Below, piece after piece: positions 18,603 to 30,527 of a DNA stretch of 34,682 nucleotides. A model generated the notes under the pieces. The model was not told the DNA's origin, ran no database searches, and was given only the letters and a program-made list of their open reading frames with translations. The stretch is from Gemmatimonadota bacterium. GTDB taxonomy: Bacteria; Latescibacterota; UBA2968; UBA8231. Made by a program: the position numbers and the translations under genes. Position 1 is the stretch's first letter. The number at the start of each line of letters is the position of its first letter. The stretch spans positions 31,678 to 66,359 of the forward strand of contig JAYOYH010000003.1 of assembly GCA_038153405.1 (NCBI GenBank), given 5' to 3'.

Positions 18603-19514
18603 TTGAGCAGTTCTCCCAAGGCGGCGATCGACCTGGGCACCAATACCGCGCTGATGATCATCGGCAGGCGCGCAGGTGATCGAGTCGATATACTCGCCGA
18701 CGAGCACGCCATCGTCCGCCTCGGGCAAGGCGTCGATGCCTTAGGCCAGCTCTCACAGGAAGCGATGGACAGAGCCTGCCGGCAGCTAGCCCTCTATGCC
18801 GAGTGCGCGCGCGCACTCGGCGCGTCGCACATTGCAGCTTGGGGCACTTCGGCCCTACGCGACGCGGCCAACCGCTCCGTTCTCATCGAGCGCATCGCCC
18901 GCGAGTGCCGCGTCGAACTGGAAGCCTTGTCTGGAGTGGAAGAAGCCAACCTGACGTTTCGAGGGGCGGCGTGGGGATTCGACATGGCTTCCCCCTACGC
19001 CGTAGTCGACATTGGCGGAGGGTCGACGGAGATCGCGCTGGGCCTCCCCGACCAGTTGAAGTATAGCACGTCGTTTGACATCGGCGCCGTCCGGCTTAGC
19101 GAGCGCTTTTTCCTTGTTTTACCACCGAGTGATGCCCAGGTCGAACGCGCACGAGCCGCTGTGGTCCAAACCCTGCAGCCCCTGCCCAACTTGCCCAAAG
19201 GCGTCCCGCTGCTCGGCGTGGCCGGAACCGCCATTGTGCTGGCCGCCCTCGATCTACAGTCGGGTCGCTTTGACGATCCGACCCTCAACGGACACTATCT
19301 ACCGGCCGAACGCATAGATGCCCTCAGCAGAGACCTGCTCGCTCTCGACTACGAAGCGCTCAGCAGCCTACAGGCCATCGGCCCCGCGCGCGCCGACATC
19401 ATTGGCGCCGGCACACTGATTTTGAGGGAATTCATAAAAAAATGCGGATGCCCCGGGCTGGTCGTATCCCGCCGGGGCATCCGCTACGCCCTGCTCGAAA
19501 AGATGCTCAGCTAA
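18603..19514 (+). CDS. ppx: Ppx/GppA phosphatase family (short form, no HD domain)
   Basis: IDLGTN, GTSALRDAAN, EEA, DIGGGSTE, GVAGT, RADII, GIRY. Confidence 0.9.
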   Translation: MSSSPKAAIDLGTNTALMIIGRRAGDRVDILADEHAIVRLGQGVDALGQLSQEAMDRACRQLALYAECARALGASHIAAWGTSALRDAANRSVLIERIARECRVELEALSGVEEANLTFRGAAWGFDMASPYAVVDIGGGSTEIALGLPDQLKYSTSFDIGAVRLSERFFLVLPPSDAQVERARAAVVQTLQPLPNLPKGVPLLGVAGTAIVLAALDLQSGRFDDPTLNGHYLPAERIDALSRDLLALDYEALSSLQAIGPARADIIGAGTLILREFIKKCGCPGLVVSRRGIRYALLEKMLS

Positions 19515-19962
19515 ACATGGCCAATACGGCTTCGACGTGGCCATCGACTTTCACGCTGCGAATAACTTCCCTTAGCAGGCCCTCGCCGTCCACCACAAAG
19601 GTGGAGCGTTCGACACCCATGTACTTCTTGCCGTACATGTTTTTTTCTTTCCAAACTCCATAGGGCTCAATCGCCTTGCGCTCGGGATCGGCCAGCAGGA
19701 GAAAGGGCAAATCGTATTTGTCGCGGAAGCGCCGGTGGCTCTTCTCGTCGTCTGGACTAATGCCAAGTATAACGGCATTAACGGCTGCGAAATCTTCTGT
19801 CGCGTCGCGAAACTCGCACGCTTCTTTCGTTCATCCAGGGGTGTCGTCTTTGGGGTAGAAATAGACCACTACATTCTTCCCCCTGAAATCGGATAGGTTT
19901 ACCGGATTGCCATCGGCATCTGCCAGGCAGAAATCCGGCGCTTGCTGACCAACCTCTAACAT
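19507..19962 (-). CDS. bcp: BCP/PrxQ peroxiredoxin, selenocysteine-containing (UGA at codon 44)
   Basis: Own translation: [53 protein letters not shown]...ERSTFVVD...VLAMFS (151 aa); strong AAGGAGGAG RBS; TGA at 19833-19831 sits at the peroxidatic Cys of PxxxTxxC. Confidence 0.93.
19802..19821 (-). promoter_or_regulatory. putative bacterial SECIS hairpin
   Basis: mRNA GCGU-GCGA-[GUU]-UCGC-G-ACGC; the loop starts 17 nt after the UGA and begins with GU. Confidence 0.7.
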
Positions 19963-20336
19963 GGACTCCTCCTTGTTATCGCCAGTCCTTTGACCAGCTC
20001 ATGGTGTGATACTGCGGTGCATTGCGCCAAGCACCTAGGGCATCGAGTAATATTTGCATTATCTGCGCGCATGTCGAGCCGTCAACGCACTGGCCTAGTT
20101 CTCTGCAATCGGTGCGCAGATCGGAGTTTGGCCCAAAGGTTGGCCGACAACCTGCACCATACCCAGTCGGCAGGGCCTGCCATGGCCATTTACGATATGG
20201 GGCCAACCCCTATGATTTCTCCCGTTGTTAAGCTAGTAAAAAAGCCTATTTTTTTCTATGCTGGATCGCTCCACGGCAACTTGATCGTTTGGGTTACTTC
20301 GCCAACTATACGCTCTGGGAAAGGACACACCCCCCT

Positions 20337-21395
20337 ATGAAATTGGGCATCGCCGGCTATCCACAGGTCGGCAAAAAAACGCTGTTTAAACTGCTAACTG
20401 GACATGAACTCAGCGACCAGCGCACCAACCGTCAGGGGTTGGCCCCGGTTAGGGATCCGCGCTTTGACCGCCTCGTCTCTTTGTATCAGCCCGAAAAAGA
20501 AACGCCCGCCGTCGTCGAATTTGAACTCCTCCCCGACCTGGACGAAGATGCCGGGCGCAATGCCCAGGCGCTGCGCGCCCTAGAGCACGTCGACGCTATC
20601 TGCCACGTCGTGCGCGCCTTCAGCGACGACTCGGTTTACCACGTAAGCGGCTCGGTCGACGCTGAGCGCGACGCACTGCGCTTCGCCGAGGAACTCCAGT
20701 TTAACGACCTGATCTTTATCGACAAGCGACTCGAGCGCATTGCCCGCGAACAGAAGAGCAAAAAAGACGAGCGCGCCCAGCAGGAACAGGCCCTTCTCGA
20801 ACGCATGAAAGAACACCTGGAAAACAGGACATCGCTATCCGACTTTACCTTTTCCAGCGACGATGAAAAGCTGCTCAGCAGCTATCCCCTACTCACGCGC
20901 AAGGCCGTTATCACCATCGTCAACGTAGATGAAAACGACCTGCGCGACGGCGCGCTGATGGCGTCTCTGCAGAAGCGTATGGACGACCCATCCCATGCGT
21001 GGATAGCCGTATCGGCGCAAATAGAAGAGGAATTAGCCCAGCTTGACATTGATGAACGCAGGGCCTTTCTCGAAGACCTCGGCCTCGAGCAAACGGCCCT
21101 CGAGCGCCTTACGCAGCTTTGCTACGCCACCCTCGGCCTCATTTCGTTCTTTACCGTGGGCTCGGACGAGGTGCGCGCTTGGACCATACGCGCCCATTCG
21201 CTAGCCCCTCAAGCCGGTCGAGCCATTCACTCCGATATCGAGCGCGGATTTATACGCGCCGAAATCATGGCCTACGACGACCTAGTGGGATTGGGCAGCG
21301 AGGATAAGGTCAAAGCTGCCGGCAAGTTCATGCAGAAAGGGCGCGATTACACCGTGGCCGACGGCGATATTATCCACTTTTTGTTCAAGGTATAG
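20337..21395 (+). CDS. ychF: YchF/Ola1-like protein (DUF933/TGS C-terminus) with degenerate NTPase motifs
   Basis: DAICHVVRAF, NVDE, FFTVGSDEVRAWTI, IHSDIERGFIRAE, DYTVADGDIIHFLF; P-loop reads GYPQVGKKT; start at ATG 20337 after AAGGA. Confidence 0.85.
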   Translation: MKLGIAGYPQVGKKTLFKLLTGHELSDQRTNRQGLAPVRDPRFDRLVSLYQPEKETPAVVEFELLPDLDEDAGRNAQALRALEHVDAICHVVRAFSDDSVYHVSGSVDAERDALRFAEELQFNDLIFIDKRLERIAREQKSKKDERAQQEQALLERMKEHLENRTSLSDFTFSSDDEKLLSSYPLLTRKAVITIVNVDENDLRDGALMASLQKRMDDPSHAWIAVSAQIEEELAQLDIDERRAFLEDLGLEQTALERLTQLCYATLGLISFFTVGSDEVRAWTIRAHSLAPQAGRAIHSDIERGFIRAEIMAYDDLVGLGSEDKVKAAGKFMQKGRDYTVADGDIIHFLFKV

Positions 21396-21407
21396 CAGCG
21401 CTGGGGG

Positions 21408-22064
21408 TCATTCCGCGCGGCCCGCCATTTCTCCGGCAAAAAATGGGCACTCGGCAATGAGATTACACTCGTCGCACTGCGGCTTGCGCGCCTTGCAGAT
21501 ATAGCGCCCGTGCAGGACAATCCGCTGGCCAAAAGCCGTCCACGCATCGGTCGGCAGCAGCTGGCCAAGCGCCATTTCCACCTTGACCGGATCCTTCTCG
21601 CCCGTCAACCCCAATCTGCGGCTCACGCGCCCAACGTGCGTATCGACGACGATGCCAGGGACTCCAAATACATTCCCAAGAAGCACGTTGGCGCTCTTGC
21701 GGCCAATGCCTGGCAGACGCGTCAAGGCCTCCATATCGCCGGGCACTTGGCCATCGTGCTCGTCGAGTAAGATCTGCATTGCCGCGCGAATATTCTTGGC
21801 TTTTTGCCGGTAAAATCCCGTTGGCCGAATATCTTCTTCCAACACCTCGGGGGCCACATCCACATAGTCCTGCGCCCGGCGGTACTTCGCAAAGAGATCG
21901 CGGGTAACTTCGTTGACTTTCACATCGGTGCACTGCGCCGCCAGCACGGTAGCCACCAGCAATTCGAGCGCATTTGTATAGTCCAATTCCACCCGCGGTT
22001 GCGGAAAGCGTTCTGCCAGTGCGCTGGCCACGCGCAGCGCTTTTGCCCGAGTTTGATCTGTCAT
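21408..22064 (-). CDS. nth: endonuclease III
   Basis: LAAQCTD, HhH LPGIGRKSANV, VDTHV, 4Fe-4S motif CKARKPQCDECNLIAEC. Confidence 0.97.
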   Translation of the reverse strand: MTDQTRAKALRVASALAERFPQPRVELDYTNALELLVATVLAAQCTDVKVNEVTRDLFAKYRRAQDYVDVAPEVLEEDIRPTGFYRQKAKNIRAAMQILLDEHDGQVPGDMEALTRLPGIGRKSANVLLGNVFGVPGIVVDTHVGRVSRRLGLTGEKDPVKVEMALGQLLPTDAWTAFGQRIVLHGRYICKARKPQCDECNLIAECPFFAGEMAGRAE

Positions 22065-22080
22065 GCCTGCTCTTATCTCC

Positions 22081-23247
22081 CTATGCTTCCATGGATGGCG
22101 CTTGCCCCCAGCGATGGCGCTTGCCCTTCCAAGAAAAGAGCCCTACAACGCCCAGCGCGCCAACGACGACCACATGCAGCGGCTGAATAAGGGCCCATAA
22201 GATCCAATAACGGGTTAACTCCACGCGCCGGCTCAAGCGGCAGGCTCGGCGAAATACGAGCCATTCGCCCCCCCACTTACTGGCGATGACCGCAAGCAAA
22301 ACCGGGAAGCGCATCCCCCCCAACGCAGTCACTAAAGGGGCGATTACGACGCACCAACTCAGGCTGTAGGTCACCGCCATATAGGCAAAAAAAAGCGGAT
22401 CCATGCGCGCCATGAGCGGCGCATTGGAAGCCCAGCGCGAACGCTGGCTCAGCAGGTGCCTCCACGACGCGGCGGGCGGGTGCTGGGCAAAGGCGATCTC
22501 CTCGCTGCAAAAAACAATTTTCCAGCGCGTTTTCGTCCGCACCATCTGCATGAGCAATACGTCGTCGCCCGAGGCCCGGTGCAGCACGCGCTGATAGCCG
22601 TTAACCTCGTCGTAGGCGCTGCGTCGGAATACCAGGTTCTGCCCCGACGCGGCCATGGGATGCCCGTGCCCGCTGCTTCCCCAGATGCAGCCCATCAGGT
22701 TGAGAAAATCAAGCGCTTCATAGCTGCCGCGCGCCCCGAGTCGATCGCCTTCTGCGCCAATCTGCGAAAAGCCAATCACCATGCCGACATCGTCTTCGCA
22801 CTGGGCCACCATGCCACGCAGCCACCCGCTGCCCACCAGACAGTCGGCATCCGTGGTGGCGATGATATCGCCTTTGGCCGCGGCAATACCCAGAGTTAGA
22901 GCGGCTTTCTTCGAACCGCCCTCCGTGCTTCTGAGCAAGCGCAAGCGCCCGTCGCCCTTGGCCAATGCTTCGACCAAGTCCGGCGTGCCGTCGCGCGAAC
23001 CGTCGTCGACAACCAGGATTTCATAGTGGGGGTATTCCTGCGTGGCCAATCGCTGCAGGCAGGCGCCAATGCGCTCGGCCTCGTCGCGTGCGGCAACGAC
23101 CACCGAGACAAAGGGCTGCTCAACCTGGCCGCCGACCAACCGCCGCATCCCCGATACAAACCAGCCAATACCGACCCAATAGAGCGCGGCGGCCACGAGC
23201 ACAAACCACTCGAGCGGGTGCTGCGGAACGAGTGCGTGCCAACTCAC
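22081..23247 (-). CDS. membrane-bound glycosyltransferase family 2
   Basis: N-terminal TM, AARDE, DDGSRD, TDADC, SGDD, QRSRW, C-terminal TMs. Confidence 0.93.
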   Translation of the reverse strand: MSWHALVPQHPLEWFVLVAAALYWVGIGWFVSGMRRLVGGQVEQPFVSVVVAARDEAERIGACLQRLATQEYPHYEILVVDDGSRDGTPDLVEALAKGDGRLRLLRSTEGGSKKAALTLGIAAAKGDIIATTDADCLVGSGWLRGMVAQCEDDVGMVIGFSQIGAEGDRLGARGSYEALDFLNLMGCIWGSSGHGHPMAASGQNLVFRRSAYDEVNGYQRVLHRASGDDVLLMQMVRTKTRWKIVFCSEEIAFAQHPPAASWRHLLSQRSRWASNAPLMARMDPLFFAYMAVTYSLSWCVVIAPLVTALGGMRFPVLLAVIASKWGGEWLVFRRACRLSRRVELTRYWILWALIQPLHVVVVGALGVVGLFSWKGKRHRWGQAPSMEA

Positions 23248-23249
23248 AA

Positions 23250-24317
23250 TTAGTCGCGCAACTCTTTTACCAGCGAGAACATGCCGCGATAGCCTTCAGA
23301 GCAGTTGCGGCACATATCCGTTGCATTGCGATCGCGCAGCAGCTGTGCGCGAAAATCCATGTAGGGGCGGCTGCGCCAAATAGCGCTAAAGGGGCGACCA
23401 TTAAAGGCCTGTCCCATAGAGAAGTCTACGTCCTTATCAAAACAGCAGGGAGCCACGGCACCGTCCCAGTTAATCATGGAGCTATACCAGAGCACTTTGC
23501 ATCCTCTTGCCGGCTGGCCCTTGACGATGAGCGCATCGCCCTCCCCCGCATAGCGGCTGTATTCGTCGTTTTCCGGCAGGAATTCTTCGGCATCTTGGGA
23601 CGAGTAAACTTGGGCGGTCTTTACGAGAAATTTATCCACCCCCAATTCGCGCGCCTTTTGCTCTGCCGCGCGCATATCCCCCTCGTTGTGGCGCATGACG
23701 ATAAACTGCAGGTTGATCAACGGAAGATCGACACCGCGCCGCTGCTTGGCCTCCACTAACCGATGCACCCCGGCAAATACGCGTTCGATATCACCGCCGA
23801 CGCGGTAGGTCGCATAGGTTTCCTGCTCGACGCCGTCGAGCGAGACGATGATCTCGTCGAGGCCTGAGTCGACAATGGCTTCCGCTTCCGCCTCGCTGCG
23901 GATATAGTGTCCATTGGTGCTAGTAAAGGTGAATAAACCCTTGTCGTGCGCGTAGTGCACCATATCGTTGAAACAGCTATTCAGATAGGGTTCGCCTTGG
24001 TTCCACATCATCATCATAACGGCCCGATCGGCCATTTGGTCGACCAGCCCCTTAAAGTCGTCTATCGACATATTGCCGCGCGGACGTTTCATCTGCCCAT
24101 TGCCAGACGGACAGAGCGGACACTTGAGGTTGCAGAAGTTGGTCGGTTCGACCATGATCATGAGCGGCTGTCCCCATACGATGGGCCGCCGCAGCAGCCA
24201 AGAGGCCGCCATTGAGGAGAACACGAGCACCGCATTGGCCAGACGCCTCCATGAAAAAATACGCCTATAGCGCCGTATATAGCGCGGAAGCCCCTTTGAT
24301 GCAACCAAATATGCCAT
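23250..24317 (-). CDS. radical SAM protein with SPASM/twitch domain
   Basis: CNLKCPLC, GEP, STNG, SLDG; C-terminal C...DGAVAPCC...CRNC. Confidence 0.93.
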   Translation of the reverse strand: MAYLVASKGLPRYIRRYRRIFSWRRLANAVLVFSSMAASWLLRRPIVWGQPLMIMVEPTNFCNLKCPLCPSGNGQMKRPRGNMSIDDFKGLVDQMADRAVMMMMWNQGEPYLNSCFNDMVHYAHDKGLFTFTSTNGHYIRSEAEAEAIVDSGLDEIIVSLDGVEQETYATYRVGGDIERVFAGVHRLVEAKQRRGVDLPLINLQFIVMRHNEGDMRAAEQKARELGVDKFLVKTAQVYSSQDAEEFLPENDEYSRYAGEGDALIVKGQPARGCKVLWYSSMINWDGAVAPCCFDKDVDFSMGQAFNGRPFSAIWRSRPYMDFRAQLLRDRNATDMCRNCSEGYRGMFSLVKELRD

Positions 24318-24366
24318 GCAGTCCTTCTACTCGTGGTGGGAAAGAATCAGAGAGCGCAGCCGGGCG

Positions 24367-25476
24367 TCACTTTTTCCAGCGGAATAGACCCAAGCGACCG
24401 GCCGGCGCCAGCAGTGCGACATAGGGAATATACAAAACTTCCAGAAGGGGAACATACCTCAGCCAACCCTTTCCCTTCCCGCCCATCATGCCGAGTAGGA
24501 GCAGGGCGTCTACTAGCCAGCGCATGCCCCAGATGCCCCAGAGGATTACCCCCCCGTACAGGCCGCTCAGCGCCGCGAGTAAGCCCACTCCCAAGGCGAG
24601 ATGAAAGGTGTAGACCAGACCGGCCAGTACTAGAGCCGGGCCCCTATAGTGCCCCCCCTTGGCCGCGTGGCGCATTTTCTGTTGGATAATGGCTCCCCAA
24701 GTGGAGGGAGCTGGCAGCGAGTCGACTACCGCATCGCGATCGAAGACGAGCTGCCAGTCGGTGTGCTCGGCGACCTGTCTCATAAAATACACATCGTCCC
24801 CGCCCAGTAGATGGCCAATTTCGGCAAAGCCGCCCACCTGATCGTATACCGCTCGGCGGTAGGCTAAATTGCGCCCCGTGCACGAGAGGGGTTTTCCCTG
24901 GGCGAAGCTACCGGCAGCCAAAGCGCCAATGGCGGTATTTTCCAGCGACAGCACGCGCTGTATCAGCGATGGCCCAGCCTGCGTATGGGCGTGACCGGCT
25001 ACCAGACCTACCCGTGGACCAAAGTGCGATGCCAGCGAACGGGCCCAGTGGCGCGGCGGTCGACAGTCGGCATCGGTAAAGAGCAGCAACTCGCCCTTCG
25101 CCGCGGCGATGCCCTGGGCTAGCGCGCTTTTTTTTGGACAGCGAAAGGGGGGGGGATCCTGGGCGTGGATCACCCGCAGGGCAGGCCAGCGCTGACCCCA
25201 TGCTTTGGCGATATCGCCCGTGCCATCGCGCGAGCGATCGTCGACCACTATGACCTCCCATTCCCCCTCGTAGTCCTGCTCGCTCAGCGCCTGCAAACAC
25301 CCCTCCAGCACCTGCTCTTCATTGCGCGCGGCCACGACGAGACTCAGCGCAGCCCGGCTTTTGCCAACAACGGGGTCAGCCGGTTTATGCACCCCGCGCA
25401 AGAGCCAGACAATGGCGCCGATATAGCTGCACCCGCCGACGAGTAGGAGCGCTTCGAGTGCGTGCGAAAATAGCAT
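24367..25476 (-). CDS. membrane-bound glycosyltransferase family 2
   Basis: AARNE, DDRSRD, TDADC, GGDD, QKMRH, C-terminal TMs; paralogous to 22081..23247. Confidence 0.92.
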   Translation of the reverse strand: MLFSHALEALLLVGGCSYIGAIVWLLRGVHKPADPVVGKSRAALSLVVAARNEEQVLEGCLQALSEQDYEGEWEVIVVDDRSRDGTGDIAKAWGQRWPALRVIHAQDPPPFRCPKKSALAQGIAAAKGELLLFTDADCRPPRHWARSLASHFGPRVGLVAGHAHTQAGPSLIQRVLSLENTAIGALAAGSFAQGKPLSCTGRNLAYRRAVYDQVGGFAEIGHLLGGDDVYFMRQVAEHTDWQLVFDRDAVVDSLPAPSTWGAIIQQKMRHAAKGGHYRGPALVLAGLVYTFHLALGVGLLAALSGLYGGVILWGIWGMRWLVDALLLLGMMGGKGKGWLRYVPLLEVLYIPYVALLAPAGRLGLFRWKK

Positions 25477-27239
25477 TAGAAATGCCGGTAACGCAGATCG
25501 AAATACAAGTGGTCTTGCACCCCATCACCCCATTCAGTACGACGCGCCAGCGGCACGGCGCTACCCCAGTTGGGCGGTAGCGGCACGCTCTCACCCCATT
25601 CTTTACCATAGCCCAATTCGACAGCTACCTGTCCGCCTATGCGCCAGCTTCCGCTCAATTGCACCAGCGTTCGTCGCTGCACGACCCCATCTAAAAAGGC
25701 CTTGTTGGTGCGCTCATCGCCCGGGCGCCATCCGTAGTGCAAATCACCGCCGACATTGCGGATGCTGCCGTCTGCCAGGACCTCGTTATCGCCGTGACGA
25801 CTGCGCTGGGCCAATAGGCGCAGCATCCGATTGGGGCCAAAGCGCTTTTCGATAGCCAGGGCGAGTCGATCGCTATTGGGCGCCAGTGCGTGACCCAGTG
25901 GAGCGTCAAAATGGCGAAAGGTATTGATGGGAAATTTATGCGTGTAAATCCACGGTTCGATGCGCACGTACTCCACAAATAGATCGCCGTCGCGCAGCAG
26001 CGGTGGGTCCACCCAAAACATTCCGGCCTGCAGCGAAAACTTATTGGCAAAGTCGTCGGAAAAAATAGCTGCCTTTTTAAGATCGTCGATTACATAGGAC
26101 AGATAGTAGCGCCGATTGCCCCCGGGGTGCACGTCGATATCAAAGCCCATCATCACATTGTCCTTATCGCCCAGATGGCTCTGCGCAGCCCAGTAGAACA
26201 TCAGCGGGTTTAAATACGTCGGCTCTACTCCGCGATCGCCGTAGACCACGACCTCGTGAAATCCCACATCTACCCACGAAGCCAGCGCCACTTCCAGCCG
26301 GTGCGCGGCCAAGTACTTCGGCCGCTCCAGCACGCGCGATTGCCCGTTGACGATATAGGAGTCAACCGGATCGGCCATGCCGCGGCACAGCGGCGAATCG
26401 GCCCGATCGGGGCAGGGCCGCAGCGCACCGGCTATGCTCACCAAGCGAAAAGCCCCCAGCGTTGAGCGCAGGCGCAGCATGGTGTACGAAGGCGCGTTGT
26501 GGCTCAGGCCGAGGTTGTCAAAGCGCCCCGGCCCCCACATCGCCTCGTCTTTGCCAAACTCCACATTGACGTGGGGCAAGCCAACAGTCACATAGGCTAT
26601 CGCTTCGTGGTAATCGGTCAACGTCCCCTTGAGCTGGGGGACTTCCAGCCGGCGCTGAAAGACTTGATCGCGCCAGGTATAGGTGCGCGTCCCCTGCTCG
26701 CGCGTCTGCGCGAAACTCATGCGAAAGCCGAGGTATTGGCCGACGTGGCCGCGCACAATGCCCCCTGCTGTATTGCGAAAAATCCGCTCTGACCCCCTCC
26801 GGCCGCGACCGCTAAACCGATCCGTCTGCTGACGGAAGAGCAAATCGGCCAGCAGTTCCCCCTCGTCCGCTCTGTAGGCAAAGGGAGGAAGGCCATAGCG
26901 CGCGCGCGCTGTGGCCCCCTGTGGCTGTGCCTTTCCCAGTTCAAAAGCCCATTCGTCCTCAAAGCGCTCTAGGAGGACGCGCTCCGTCTGGCTTATCGCC
27001 CAACCACCGTCCACTGCCGTGCGAATGGACCGCAGCATATCGGCCATGTGCTGGCGCGTGTAGGGGCGAATGCCGCCCACCTGATAGCCCAATACCCCGC
27101 GCGCTTCAAAGCGCTCGACAAAGGCGTAAAGGGGATGTTCGAGGGGCACGTTTACCGTCCGATCCGCCTGCGCTTGCGCGGCATACAGGAGGCATAGCAA
27201 GGCCCCCACACACCACCTTGACAGTTCAGACCGAGACAT
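25476..27239 (-). CDS. capsule assembly Wzi-like outer-membrane beta-barrel protein
   Basis: Signal peptide ending AQA-D; WGPG..NLGLSHNAP, AAHRLE and YLNP motifs; C-terminal Phe (LYFDLRYRHF); start moved to ATG 27239 to avoid overlapping eno. Confidence 0.75.
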   Translation of the reverse strand: MSRSELSRWCVGALLCLLYAAQAQADRTVNVPLEHPLYAFVERFEARGVLGYQVGGIRPYTRQHMADMLRSIRTAVDGGWAISQTERVLLERFEDEWAFELGKAQPQGATARARYGLPPFAYRADEGELLADLLFRQQTDRFSGRGRRGSERIFRNTAGGIVRGHVGQYLGFRMSFAQTREQGTRTYTWRDQVFQRRLEVPQLKGTLTDYHEAIAYVTVGLPHVNVEFGKDEAMWGPGRFDNLGLSHNAPSYTMLRLRSTLGAFRLVSIAGALRPCPDRADSPLCRGMADPVDSYIVNGQSRVLERPKYLAAHRLEVALASWVDVGFHEVVVYGDRGVEPTYLNPLMFYWAAQSHLGDKDNVMMGFDIDVHPGGNRRYYLSYVIDDLKKAAIFSDDFANKFSLQAGMFWVDPPLLRDGDLFVEYVRIEPWIYTHKFPINTFRHFDAPLGHALAPNSDRLALAIEKRFGPNRMLRLLAQRSRHGDNEVLADGSIRNVGGDLHYGWRPGDERTNKAFLDGVVQRRTLVQLSGSWRIGGQVAVELGYGKEWGESVPLPPNWGSAVPLARRTEWGDGVQDHLYFDLRYRHF

Positions 27240-27246
27240 ATACGTT
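27218..27246 (+). promoter_or_regulatory. sigma-70-type promoter of eno, overlapping the start of the divergent wzi-like gene
   Basis: TTGACA-17 bp-TACGTT about 50 bp upstream of the eno ATG. Confidence 0.55.
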
Positions 27247-27271
27247 TTTCGGTTGCATAAAAATCCAATAA

Positions 27272-29814
<2,543 letters not shown>

Positions 29815-29889
29815 CTACCAACATAGAAAAAGGCTGCCGATATCATGGTCCATGATGCCCGCAGCCTCTTTTTTCCAAACCTATCGTCC

Positions 29890-30336
29890 TCAGAATGGCA
29901 AATCGTCGTCGTCGCCACCCTGCGGATTGTAGGGAGGGGGCTGCGACGGACCAGGATCTGCGCTCCCCCCGCTCCCGCCCATATTTCCTCCTCCACCCCC
30001 TTCGCGCGAGTCGAGCATTTCCATTTCGTTGACCACGACTTCGGTCGTATAGCGCTTCTGCCCGCTCTGATCGTCCCAAGATCGCGTTTGCAGCTTGCCC
30101 TCCACGTAGATTTTGCTGCCTTTGCGCAGGTAGTTCTTGGCAATTTCAGCCAGTTGGCGCCACAGCACGAGACGGTGCCACTCGGTGCGCTCCTGGCGCT
30201 CGCCGTTGCGGTCCTTCCAACTCTCCGTCGTCGCCAAGCTAAAATTGGCAACCGCTACGCCGTCTGGGGTAAAACGCACTTCGGGATCGCCCCCTAAATT
30301 GCCGATAAGTATGACTTTATTGACCCCACGAGCCAT
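29890..30336 (-). CDS. ssb: single-stranded DNA-binding protein
   Basis: [30 protein letters not shown], Gly-rich linker, C-terminal DDDDLPF; AAAGGAGAGG RBS before ATG 30336. Confidence 0.98.
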   Translation of the reverse strand: MARGVNKVILIGNLGGDPEVRFTPDGVAVANFSLATTESWKDRNGERQERTEWHRLVLWRQLAEIAKNYLRKGSKIYVEGKLQTRSWDDQSGQKRYTTEVVVNEMEMLDSREGGGGGNMGGSGGSADPGPSQPPPYNPQGGDDDDLPF

Positions 30337-30477
30337 AACCTCTCCTTTCGTTTCGCCTCCGCTGCGGTTAAAACCCGCCATGCTTTCGCGTCATATCTTA
30401 CGACCGACACCGTACTCAGTCAAGTTTCAGCACGGCCACCATCGACGCCGGGGCCGCACGGCCAACGAGGTTCCAAT

Positions 30478-30505
30478 TTGACAAAAAACGCTTTATTTAT
30501 AGATT
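30478..30505 (+). promoter_or_regulatory. sigma-70-type promoter of the 620-aa gene
   Basis: TTGACA-16 bp-TAGATT in an AT-rich patch directly before the ORF. Confidence 0.55.
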
Positions 30506-30527
30506 GTTAAGAGAGTAAGTTTGCGCG

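Noticed and set aside
19507..19710. 67-aa ORF or bcp pseudogene interpretation
   Set aside because: It is the C-terminal part of the UGA-readthrough peroxiredoxin; the single stop falls exactly on the catalytic Cys and is followed by a SECIS-like hairpin.
19831..19833. Genome-wide UGA reassignment (code 4 or 25)
   Set aside because: TGA ends many genes here at expected lengths (e.g. ssb, nth), and Trp or Gly would not function at the peroxidatic position.
23250..24317. Radical SAM as anaerobic sulfatase maturase or RiPP maturase
   Set aside because: The C-terminal Cys pattern is short (twitch-like), it sits between GT2 genes far from the sulfatase, and no precursor peptide is visible.
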